Source: a virus
DNA length: 64,000 nt
Reading direction: 5' to 3' (one strand)
Virus record (IMG/VR): IMGVR_UViG_3300044833_000115
Location: 2,758-66,757 of that record
The notes under the pieces are model-generated. The model was not told the origin of the DNA. It made no database searches and worked only from the letters and a program-made list of their open reading frames with translations. A program made the position numbers and the translations under genes. Within the stretch, counting starts at the first letter, position 1; the number at the start of each line of letters is the position of its first letter. This document shows positions 56,173 through 64,000 of the stretch, piece by piece.

Positions 56173-56392
56173 GGTTGGTTTCTTCCTTCGGATGTTCCAA
56201 GGCTTCCACGCGATCGAGCAGTGCGTGTGCGGCGGCAAACAGCAGGATATGCCACCGCCCGTAGTCGCTGGCCCCCAGTTCGGGCAGGCCGAGACGCTGG
56301 GCGAGGGCGGCGGCGGACGTTTGCGCCGGCGCGACTTGGGACAACAGGCTCGTTGTGTCGCTGAAAGCGGACTTCTGGTTGAACTCGCTCAT
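56165..56392 (-). CDS. Hypothetical protein
   Basis: 75 aa, ATGA-coupled. Confidence 0.5.
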   Translation of the reverse strand: MSEFNQKSAFSDTTSLLSQVAPAQTSAAALAQRLGLPELGASDYGRWHILLFAAAHALLDRVEALEHPKEETNRG

Positions 56393-57924
56393 GATTTCAC
56401 TGGCCCCTTGAGTTTCTGCATCTCTCCCACCGTGCGCTTGCGGACGTGCAGCACGAAGGCATCGAGGATCTTGTGACCACGATCGACATCACCGTGCCCC
56501 AACGCGCGGACCTGTTCGGGGGTGACCACATACTCGCCGCCGGCGGCTTGGATCGGCACCGTCTGCGGCTTGTCGTCGGCGTCGTTGTCGTTGGTCTCGC
56601 CGCCCTTGGCGTGCGGCATCCCGTGGCCGAAGCCGCCGGCCCCCAGGCGTGGCGCCCCCATGCGGTGACCGGTGTGCGTGGCTGTCGGCATCGGAATACC
56701 GCCCGGCCCGGTCGAGCCGTTGAAGGTGGTTTCCAGCGCCTTCGCCCCGGCCAGCGAGTTGCCCTCGCCCATGCCCGAGACGACATCCGCCGGCAGCACG
56801 TAGCTGTCGGCGTGCGGATGAATATTGAGGTTGTCCGATCGCCCCGGCCCGGCGGTGTGGAGAAAGCCGCCCGGGCTGGGCGGGGTGGCGCCGCTGCTGA
56901 TCCCGCGTTCGGGCAGGTGCGCGCCGCCCTTGGCTTCCAACGTGCCGCCCAAGGCATATGGCATCGGCCCCGATGACTGATCGGGAGGGGCGGGGGCAGC
57001 GGTGGGCGCGGCCGGCTGGGCGACCGGCTGCGGCATGATCCGCTTCTGCTGGAGTACGCGCTGGGCCAGTTGCCCCTGCGCCGTGCCGCGCAGCCGCAAG
57101 GCTTGCTCTTGCAGTTGCTCCTGGCTCATGCCCTGGAAGTACCCCATCTGCTGCTGCGCCGCCGGCGCTTGCAGGGCCGTCGATTGCGTCGGCAGCGGGG
57201 TCGAGCCGCCGTCGTCACGACGGGCGAAGCCACCGCTGCGCATCCGCCGCTGCTGGGGGACGCCCGCGCCATCGGTCGGGATCGGGCCGGGCAACCAGCT
57301 TGGATCGGGGCGCGTGGGGATATCGCTGATCGGCGCGCGGATCGCCGGCGTCGGGGTCAGATTGATGTCGAGATCCCGGCTTTGCCGCCGCCCGTGGCTT
57401 AGAACTTCGGCATCGTCCTCGCGGCTGATCTGCGGATTGTTCGGCGAGTATCCCCCCGAGGCCCTGCGGATACTGCCGCCAAAGGCATGTTCTGTCGGCA
57501 GCATCAGGTAATTCCCCTTTTCCGACTGATCGAAATACCGCTCCATCCCGGCGACGCCGCGGTTCTGTAGGTTGGTGGTGGATGGGGTGAACCCCCATGG
57601 CCTGCCATCCTGCCCCCCCGACCATGTGCCACCGGTGGCGCCGTCGGCCCCCTGGTAGCGTGACTGGTTTGAGAACGTGGGATGGTTTGGCTTCTTGTAG
57701 GCATCACCGCTATGGCCGTTGGCCGCGACGGGCTCGCCCGATTGCCAGAACCCCCGCATGTCGTAGTCGTACGTGTCGGCCGCGGGATTGCGCCCGATCT
57801 GGGCGGCTTGTTGCTTCCCCCAGGCTTGATACCTGGCTTCATCGTCAGGCGAGAGGACAGTGTTGTACTGGCCGCTCATGTCGGCGGGCTCGCGATCCGC
57901 TCCGAAGCCGGGATCAGTCGGCAT
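56389..57924 (-). CDS. Internal virion protein with N-terminal DYDMRG...KKPNHPTFS domain and C-terminal GPGRSD...GEYVV domain
   Basis: Motifs read from the translation; seven xxxGG motifs in the linkers. Confidence 0.75.
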   Translation of the reverse strand: MPTDPGFGADREPADMSGQYNTVLSPDDEARYQAWGKQQAAQIGRNPAADTYDYDMRGFWQSGEPVAANGHSGDAYKKPNHPTFSNQSRYQGADGATGGTWSGGQDGRPWGFTPSTTNLQNRGVAGMERYFDQSEKGNYLMLPTEHAFGGSIRRASGGYSPNNPQISREDDAEVLSHGRRQSRDLDINLTPTPAIRAPISDIPTRPDPSWLPGPIPTDGAGVPQQRRMRSGGFARRDDGGSTPLPTQSTALQAPAAQQQMGYFQGMSQEQLQEQALRLRGTAQGQLAQRVLQQKRIMPQPVAQPAAPTAAPAPPDQSSGPMPYALGGTLEAKGGAHLPERGISSGATPPSPGGFLHTAGPGRSDNLNIHPHADSYVLPADVVSGMGEGNSLAGAKALETTFNGSTGPGGIPMPTATHTGHRMGAPRLGAGGFGHGMPHAKGGETNDNDADDKPQTVPIQAAGGEYVVTPEQVRALGHGDVDRGHKILDAFVLHVRKRTVGEMQKLKGPVKS

Positions 57925-58279
57925 GGGCTTTGTCTATTTTTGCTTTTTTCAGCGGTTTCGGGGTGCTTTCACCCGTTTTTTGCGCAAATCCAGGCTGTTT
58001 TGGGGCTTTGGGTAAACCGCCATTGTTGGCACGATCCCCTATAGGGAGATCCGGCAGCGCCGGCCGCACCTCGATCGCCTGCCAGGACTCGCCCAGCACA
58101 TCCTGCGTGCGCCGGCATCCCACCAGATCGTCCTTGCGGAAGTTGTGCGTCCGCATCATCGGCTGGCCGATCTGCACGATGACGGTATTGCGGTCGATGA
58201 CGCGGGTAACCTTGGCGCGCATCTGTTCCGAGGGCAGGGTCACCGTGAGGTCGTCATTTACGCGGGGGGCAAAGATCAT
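57914..58279 (-). CDS. Hypothetical protein
   Basis: 121 aa, coupled within the tail module. Confidence 0.6.
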   Translation of the reverse strand: MIFAPRVNDDLTVTLPSEQMRAKVTRVIDRNTVIVQIGQPMMRTHNFRKDDLVGCRRTQDVLGESWQAIEVRPALPDLPIGDRANNGGLPKAPKQPGFAQKTGESTPKPLKKAKIDKAHAD

Positions 58280-58566
58280 GCTGTCACCTGCAAGCCCGAC
58301 CAGACCGAGTTCCAGACCAGGCCGTTGCCTATAACCATCGTTCCGCTTCCAGCCCCTACACCCTGGCCAGTGTTCCGCCCGTTGGTGGCATAGGCTTGCG
58401 CCCCGGCCGGTGCCACGGCAGGCAGGCCGGCCACGGTGTAGGATGTCAGCGGGGGGTTGAGGGTCAGCGCCTTCAGCGTCTGCTGCGTCAGGTAGGACGC
58501 CTTGATCAGTTCCTGAAGTGCGGTGACGATCCGGGTGACGCCGCCCTGGTCGAGTGAGCCGCTCAT
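58276..58566 (-). CDS. Small tail-associated protein
   Basis: Coupled ATG at 58566; YTVAGLPA...AYATNG...GNGLVW. Confidence 0.6.
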   Translation of the reverse strand: MSGSLDQGGVTRIVTALQELIKASYLTQQTLKALTLNPPLTSYTVAGLPAVAPAGAQAYATNGRNTGQGVGAGSGTMVIGNGLVWNSVWSGLQVTA

Positions 58567-60560
58567 GGCCTGGTGCCTGCTGTTTTGCGGGAATAGCGCA
58601 GCGCGCCCATGCGCCAGAAGCCGCCCATCGCGAGCGAGCCGATTTTCAGCGCGATCTGCCGGCCGCGGATGCTGCAATTGATCCGCCGCGAGGTGGTGGT
58701 GACCGTGAACGGCCCATAGGTGCGCGGCGGATCGTCGGGGTAATCGACGGCGGTGACGGTGATTTGGATCGCAGCGCCCCGGGCGGTCAGGAAGTCGGGG
58801 ATCATGGTGTTGACGTAGGTTTCGGCGTTGCCGTCCTGAAGGTCATAGTACCCGGTCTGCGCAAAGGCGTTCATCGCCGCGCCGTCGGCATCATCGCCGA
58901 CCTCATGGTTGAACAGCACGCCCCGGTCATCGGTGCCGATCGGGTTGCCGTATGGCGACTGATCCACCCAGGCGGTGCGCGCCAGCGTGCCGCAGTCCCA
59001 TAGGTTCTCCAGGAAATTCCATTTCACGTAGGAGATCGGGCCGCCCCCGACCGTCGGGAAATACCAAGCCACCTCGTTGAACAGCGAGTTCACCGCCGAG
59101 CACACCTGATCGGTCTGCTGGGGGTCAAGCTGGGTGTAGAAGAAGTCGTAAACCGGGCATTCGAGCGGCTGCACGCTGGCCCCGTCATAGGTGAAGAAGC
59201 CGCGGTTCGACGGCCAGATCACCCGCGAGCCGACCACCGCCGGCGCCTTCTTGGAGATCGCCTCGCAGTTCACCGCGATCTGGTTGAAGCCGAACACGAA
59301 CGGCAAGCCCTGATAGGTCACGCTCCACAGTCCCACGTCGGTCCAGATCAGCACTCCCAGACCGGCCGCGATGGCGGCAATCACGAAACTGCCGGTCGGT
59401 AGCTGGTAGCTGCCGGCCTGGTTGGTGGTGGTGGCTACCCAGCCAGTGAAGTCGCCCTGATCGCACCAGCGGATGAGGGTGGGGAAATAGAACCCTCCGA
59501 CTTCGCTGCCGCAGGCCATGATGATCTGCACCTGGGCAATCGCCAGGACCACCTTGTTGATGATCGGTGCGGCCGAACCGATGACCACCGCGGGGACCAC
59601 CGTCGGCGGCGACCAATGGTAGATCTTGCCGAGGTCGGGAGAGGCGACGAGATCCTGGCCGAAGTGATCCAGGCTCCAGGTCCGCGCCGGGGTGACCAGG
59701 GCGGTGGTGGTGCCCGCGCTGCTCTTGCCCCAATCGCCGCGCCCCCAATCGCCGGTGCCCCAGCCGCCCAAGGTGACGTTGGTAGCCTGGCCGCTGGGCA
59801 ACAGGTACTGCACCTGCATCAGCCCGCCGTTCTCGCTGGCCAGGGCGGACGATGTAGCCAGCGAGCCGGCGCCGATGGTGAAGCTGTTGGCGTCGGGCAC
59901 CGACAGCACGGCGTAGTTGCCGAGGATCACCAGCCCGCCGGCCGGGGTGCTGACGGTGGCGGCATAGGTGCTGCCAACGACCTGGCCGTGGTTTGCCAGG
60001 ATGACCGTAACCGAGGCGCTGTTGAGGATCGTCTGATAGGCCGGCACGCCGCCACCGGAGGGGGTTGTGGTTAGTGCCGGGGTGGCCGCGGCGATGGTGA
60101 TACCGCCCGGCGTGCCGGTGATGGTGTAGAAGCCCGAAAGGACGATGCCGCCGGCGGCGACCGGCGTGACCAGGTTGATCGTATCGCCGACTTTGGGCGC
60201 GTAGCTGGTATCGATCAGGGTGACGACATTCGATCCCGCGATGGTCGCGAGCGCCGGGGCGATGTTCGAGGTCGCCTGAATCGGGGTGATGTCGGACACG
60301 ATACCGGCGGTCAGCACGTAGAGCCGCTGTGCGGTACCGACGCCGAGATGCGCCGTGCCCACCAGGTCCGCCCAACCGAACAGGCCGCGGCAGACGCCGA
60401 TCAGCGCGGGCACCGCGGGCAACCGGCTCCAGCCGCCCAGCTTCTGCAACTGCCCGGCAAAGAACCGGACGAGTTGCGAGGATGAGTAGCCGCCCTCGTT
60501 CATGGTCGGCGTGAACTCGGTCGTCACACCCGGGCGGAGCTTGATCTTCTCTAACGGCAT
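58563..60560 (-). CDS. Tail hub/DNA stabilisation protein (P22 gp10-like)
   Basis: VRF..GQLQKLGGW, WSLDHFGQDL, IRWCDQ, ARTAWVD, RGRQIALKI...WRMGALR. Confidence 0.8.
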   Translation of the reverse strand: MPLEKIKLRPGVTTEFTPTMNEGGYSSSQLVRFFAGQLQKLGGWSRLPAVPALIGVCRGLFGWADLVGTAHLGVGTAQRLYVLTAGIVSDITPIQATSNIAPALATIAGSNVVTLIDTSYAPKVGDTINLVTPVAAGGIVLSGFYTITGTPGGITIAAATPALTTTPSGGGVPAYQTILNSASVTVILANHGQVVGSTYAATVSTPAGGLVILGNYAVLSVPDANSFTIGAGSLATSSALASENGGLMQVQYLLPSGQATNVTLGGWGTGDWGRGDWGKSSAGTTTALVTPARTWSLDHFGQDLVASPDLGKIYHWSPPTVVPAVVIGSAAPIINKVVLAIAQVQIIMACGSEVGGFYFPTLIRWCDQGDFTGWVATTTNQAGSYQLPTGSFVIAAIAAGLGVLIWTDVGLWSVTYQGLPFVFGFNQIAVNCEAISKKAPAVVGSRVIWPSNRGFFTYDGASVQPLECPVYDFFYTQLDPQQTDQVCSAVNSLFNEVAWYFPTVGGGPISYVKWNFLENLWDCGTLARTAWVDQSPYGNPIGTDDRGVLFNHEVGDDADGAAMNAFAQTGYYDLQDGNAETYVNTMIPDFLTARGAAIQITVTAVDYPDDPPRTYGPFTVTTTSRRINCSIRGRQIALKIGSLAMGGFWRMGALRYSRKTAGTRP

Positions 60561-60563
60561 CGC

Positions 60564-62441
60564 TCAGACCGCCGCCGCGGGGGCTTCCAGTGCCGTGATC
60601 CGTGCCAGGGCGCCCTGCAAAGCCGCGGTCAGGTATGCAATATCGTGCTCGTAGCGGCGCGCGAGGCGCGCTCCGGCCGGCGCGTAACCATCGGAGACGG
60701 CGAACAGCGGGCGGGGATCGGGGATCGCGACGACGGCGGCTTCCCGACCGTTATCGACCTCTTCCTGGGCCACGAACCCGGCATGAAAGCGGCCCTCCAT
60801 GATGTAGCTGCGCGGCCGGCCGCGATTGATCCAGTCGTAGGCCGTTTCCGTGTCGATATCGGCGATCTCGGTCTTCAGCCGCACGTCCGAGGTGGCATAG
60901 AAGCCGGCCCCGGCCACACCAGCCGACGCCTGGAGACTGACGCCGACGCTGTAGCTGACCGCGCCATGTGACCCCGTGCCATCCACCACGCCGCCGGTCG
61001 CGCTGAGTGCTTGGCTGCCGTTGAAATTAACCATCCCGCTCCAGTTGGAGGTGCCGCCATTGAGGAAGCCGGGGATGCTGGCGTTGGTGAAGATGCCGCC
61101 GATGCCGGTGACATTGCCGCCGGCGGCAATGGCGCCGGTGGCGTTTATGGTGCCGCTGCCGAAGGTGACGCCGCCGACATTGCCGCCGTTGGTGGCGAAG
61201 ATGCCTGGCGTCGAGACGTTGCCGTTGAACGTGGCGTTGCCGGTGGGATCGAGCAGGAACAACTGCAACGTGCCGGCCTGATTGAACACCCGCCATCCGG
61301 CGCTGCCAGACTGGAACAGGTTGGTCCAGTTGTCCGCACCGGTGTAGGCGAACCAGCGATAGGTGCCCCCGGGGTCCTTCATCTGGATGCCGGTCGAATT
61401 GTTGAAATAGGCGCTGCCGGTGGTGAACACCATGTCGGCGCCGGTGACGCGCCCGGTGACGTTGATCGCACCGCCGAATCCGGTGCCGACGCCGGTGAAG
61501 TCGATATTCACCGCGCCGGTGACGTTGTTGAAAAAGAACGGCCGTAAGCCGTTGTAGATGCCGAGTGGCGCGTTCGCCGCGCTGACCAGCAGGTAGGTGT
61601 TGGCGCCGTCGTTGCGCCAGCCCGAGCCATAGACGCCGCCGACATAGCGGGCCTGCATCCCGCCGGCGTCAAAGCCGGTGGAGATCACCCCCGCGGCGTT
61701 GGTGGGCGTAGTGGTGAAGGCGACGGTGCCGCTGACGGTCAGGTTGGTCAGGCTGGTGGTGCCGGTGACCGCCAGAGTGCCCCCGACGGCCAGCGGCCCG
61801 GCGACGGTCAGACCCTGGGCGAAGCTCGCCGCCCCGGAGGGCAGGATGGCGAACAGCGAGGCGGTGCCGGCCCGGTTCAGCACCTGCCAGCCGAGCACGC
61901 CGCCCATGTAGAGGTTGGTGTTGCCGTTCGTGTCGATGCCCAGCAGCGCCCGGGAAACGCCGGCGGTGTCGGTGGCCTGATAGGTCGAGCCGTTGGCGAT
62001 CAGCACGCCCGCATTGGCGTTCAGCACGCCGATACCGCCGATGATCACCGCGGTCACCGCGGCACCGTCGCAGGTGTAGAGGAACGATGAGCCTGGCGCG
62101 ACCGTCAGGTTGGTGACCGCGGCGGCGGTGGCCAGGATGACGTTCTGGGAGGACTTGTTGACCACCCAGCCCATGCGCGCGACCGAGGGGATGGTCACCG
62201 TGCACGCTGCGGTCGGGGCGCCGATAAACATCAGCAGCGCCGACCGGGCCTGATCCGGCGCGTCGTTGGCAACCGACAGCGTGTAGGTGATCACGCCGGT
62301 CAGATCGACGGTGGAGATCCCGGCCGCGACCTGTTCGATCGCCGGGAATGCCGCGTTGACGATAAGGCCCCAGGAGTCTTTCACGGCCGGGTCCGCCGGC
62401 GTCATGATCGGCAGGCGAGCGATCGGCGTGTAAGTCGTCAT
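60564..62441 (-). CDS. Tail fibre with C-terminal intramolecular chaperone (S74-like)
   Basis: Fibre repeat WRNDGANTYLL...NGLRPF; autocleavage motif SDVRLKTEI; GFVAQE; terminal coiled coil. Confidence 0.85.
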   Translation of the reverse strand: MTTYTPIARLPIMTPADPAVKDSWGLIVNAAFPAIEQVAAGISTVDLTGVITYTLSVANDAPDQARSALLMFIGAPTAACTVTIPSVARMGWVVNKSSQNVILATAAAVTNLTVAPGSSFLYTCDGAAVTAVIIGGIGVLNANAGVLIANGSTYQATDTAGVSRALLGIDTNGNTNLYMGGVLGWQVLNRAGTASLFAILPSGAASFAQGLTVAGPLAVGGTLAVTGTTSLTNLTVSGTVAFTTTPTNAAGVISTGFDAGGMQARYVGGVYGSGWRNDGANTYLLVSAANAPLGIYNGLRPFFFNNVTGAVNIDFTGVGTGFGGAINVTGRVTGADMVFTTGSAYFNNSTGIQMKDPGGTYRWFAYTGADNWTNLFQSGSAGWRVFNQAGTLQLFLLDPTGNATFNGNVSTPGIFATNGGNVGGVTFGSGTINATGAIAAGGNVTGIGGIFTNASIPGFLNGGTSNWSGMVNFNGSQALSATGGVVDGTGSHGAVSYSVGVSLQASAGVAGAGFYATSDVRLKTEIADIDTETAYDWINRGRPRSYIMEGRFHAGFVAQEEVDNGREAAVVAIPDPRPLFAVSDGYAPAGARLARRYEHDIAYLTAALQGALARITALEAPAAAV

Positions 62442-62444
62442 GGG

Positions 62445-63191
62445 TTACCCTGCGGGTGGTGGCGGTGGTGGCCTCGCCAACGTCGCAGGTGCGTACGGCT
62501 GGAAGTCCGGGCCGAGGCCCTTTTTCAGTGCCTCTTCACGCAGCGCGGTTCTCTTCGCGTCGGTGAAGCGACCTTCCCAACTCATCGCGGCTTGCGGGTC
62601 CGCCGCCGCGATGCCGAAGTCGCGCTGATAGCCCATCGCTTCAACCATGACAGCGCAGAACAGCAGATCCGGCAAATTGTCCCCGAGCCATGTCTTCGGG
62701 TTGGCGGCCGACATCGGGGCCGGGCGCCACTGTCCGGTCACGCGCAAAGGGTAGACCAGATCCGGCACCGGTGCGAGGCGCGCGGTCTGATTGTCCAGCA
62801 TGTTGTAGTAAGCGAGCCCGATCGATGGAGCCGCAGTGCGGGTCTCGTCGGGCCATACCATGTCCAGCCAGTCGAGTGACACCAGTTGGAACGGTATCCA
62901 GCGGTTGCCCACTTTCGCGCTGATGCCTTCGACCACCACGGGGTAGGGATAGGCGACGGGGGTGCCTCCAGCCACCGTCTGGCCGGTCATGCCGGTCAGG
63001 TCGAGATTCTTGCTTGCTGCGGTGGTTTGCAGCGACGTGTTCTGCCCCTCCGACGCAGCGAGGTCCAACTCGCGGTAGCACCGGAGTTCGGCATTGATGA
63101 TGAAGGTCGGAGTCGCCGCGGTAAACGAGGGGTCTGGTTGTTCCTGTTGCGTATAGAAACTCAACTGAGCGATCAGGTCGGGATAGAGCAT
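62445..63191 (-). CDS. Head-tail adaptor protein
   Basis: FIINAELRCYREL...LAPVPD...TWLGDNLPDLL...EAMGY. Confidence 0.75.
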   Translation of the reverse strand: MLYPDLIAQLSFYTQQEQPDPSFTAATPTFIINAELRCYRELDLAASEGQNTSLQTTAASKNLDLTGMTGQTVAGGTPVAYPYPVVVEGISAKVGNRWIPFQLVSLDWLDMVWPDETRTAAPSIGLAYYNMLDNQTARLAPVPDLVYPLRVTGQWRPAPMSAANPKTWLGDNLPDLLFCAVMVEAMGYQRDFGIAAADPQAAMSWEGRFTDAKRTALREEALKKGLGPDFQPYAPATLARPPPPPPAG

Positions 63192-63194
63192 GGC

Positions 63195-64000
63195 TCATTC
63201 GATCCAGTGCACGATGGCGCGGTGGGGCGCGGTTACGGGGGCGCCAAGCACGACAGGCTGGTAGAAGCCGGCGGGGATCATTGAGGCGTGCTGCGAGATC
63301 CTGCGGTTCGGCAGCATCACCGCCTGCTGGTACCATTTATCCAAGGTAATGGTTTCTGGGACGATGGTGCGGAAAGACTGCACCACGCCTGCTTGGATCG
63401 CGGTCTGCCGCGACGGCGCGCGCACCGGCTGGGCTGGCGGTTGCGCCCACTTGTCGGCGAGCACGATTTCCGAGGTGAAGACGATCGGCGCCGAGGGGAT
63501 CGGCAGCAGGTGGGTGCGGGAAGCCGGGCGCGGGGGCTGCACCGGCGGCTGCATCCACCGATCGGCAGTGACCGTTTCGGGGGCGCCAGGCGCCGGGCTG
63601 GGCACGGTGCCGCTGGCCAACGCCGCCGCACGGCTGCGCGGCGCGACCGGCAGGCTGGCCGGCTGGTGCCATTTGTCGAGCGTGACGACTTCCGGGGCGG
63701 CGGCGGGAGGGGCAGGGGACGGGCTCGCGCCGCTGCTGGCCAACGCTGCGGTACGAGCCGGGGCACGGGATGGTTGGCTGGCCGGTTGGTGCCACTTGTC
63801 TTCGAGGACAACTTCGGCGGTTGCATCCCAGGCGGTAAAACCGGTCGGCACCGATTGGGAGAACGCACTGGCGCCGAAGTTGGCGGTGGCCGCGCCGCCG
63901 GTCTCATACGCCATAAACATCGCGAAGTAGGGGCCTGCCGGGAGGGCGGTCAGCGCCTGGCCGCCGGTGTTGGTCGATGGATTGGCGGTGGCGCTGTTGT
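63195..64000 (-). CDS. Virion protein, N-terminus outside the window: end of a SPRY/ConA-like domain plus five ExxxxD[KR]WxQ repeats
   Basis: Frame open to the window edge (NSATANPSTNTGG...PYF...TANFGASAFSQSVPTGFTAW). Confidence 0.7.
   Translation of the reverse strand, partial: NSATANPSTNTGGQALTALPAGPYFAMFMAYETGGAATANFGASAFSQSVPTGFTAWDATAEVVLEDKWHQPASQPSRAPARTAALASSGASPSPAPPAAAPEVVTLDKWHQPASLPVAPRSRAAALASGTVPSPAPGAPETVTADRWMQPPVQPPRPASRTHLLPIPSAPIVFTSEIVLADKWAQPPAQPVRAPSRQTAIQAGVVQSFRTIVPETITLDKWYQQAVMLPNRRISQHASMIPAGFYQPVVLGAPVTAPHRAIVHWIE

Noticed and set aside
60564-62441. Diversity-generating retroelement or invertible fibre cassette
   Set aside because: No reverse transcriptase, template repeat or invertase seen
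1-64000. tRNA, rRNA, integrase, DNA or RNA polymerase genes
   Set aside because: No diagnostic motifs found by eye; a tRNAscan/HMM run is needed to exclude them formally

Overview
The window holds almost the whole genome of a GC-rich, short-tailed (P22/podovirus-like) dsDNA phage, circularly permuted. An alphaproteobacterial host is inferred. One long minus-strand late unit runs terS (20.5 kb) > accessory genes > intein-containing terL > portal > GroES/scaffold > capsid > GH5 glycanase and leaves the left edge. It re-enters at the right edge as SPRY-like protein > adaptor > tail fibre > tail hub > ejection proteins > a 4008-aa DarB-like polyvalent protein. The middle carries an early cassette (20.9-23.4 kb), primase-helicase/SSB/VRR-NUC, ERF plus YqaJ recombination genes, a GH108 endolysin and a GH26 glycanase. 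I found no integrase, DNA polymerase, tRNA or CRISPR array. Most notable: (1) a hairpin leader with C-RYGYC-G pentaloops shared by terL and the capsid operon; (2) a stand-alone CapW-like winged-helix without its WYL sensor; (3) an RHH gene with dense GCTWWHCC arrays that recur inside distant genes; (4) a TnpV-like gene overprinted inside the DarB-like gene; (5) a [FYMHRK]xxGG motif repeated across four virion-module proteins; (6) a class-3-like intein with Ser instead of the catalytic Cys; (7) two glycoside hydrolases. All family assignments are from motif recognition by eye, not database searches.
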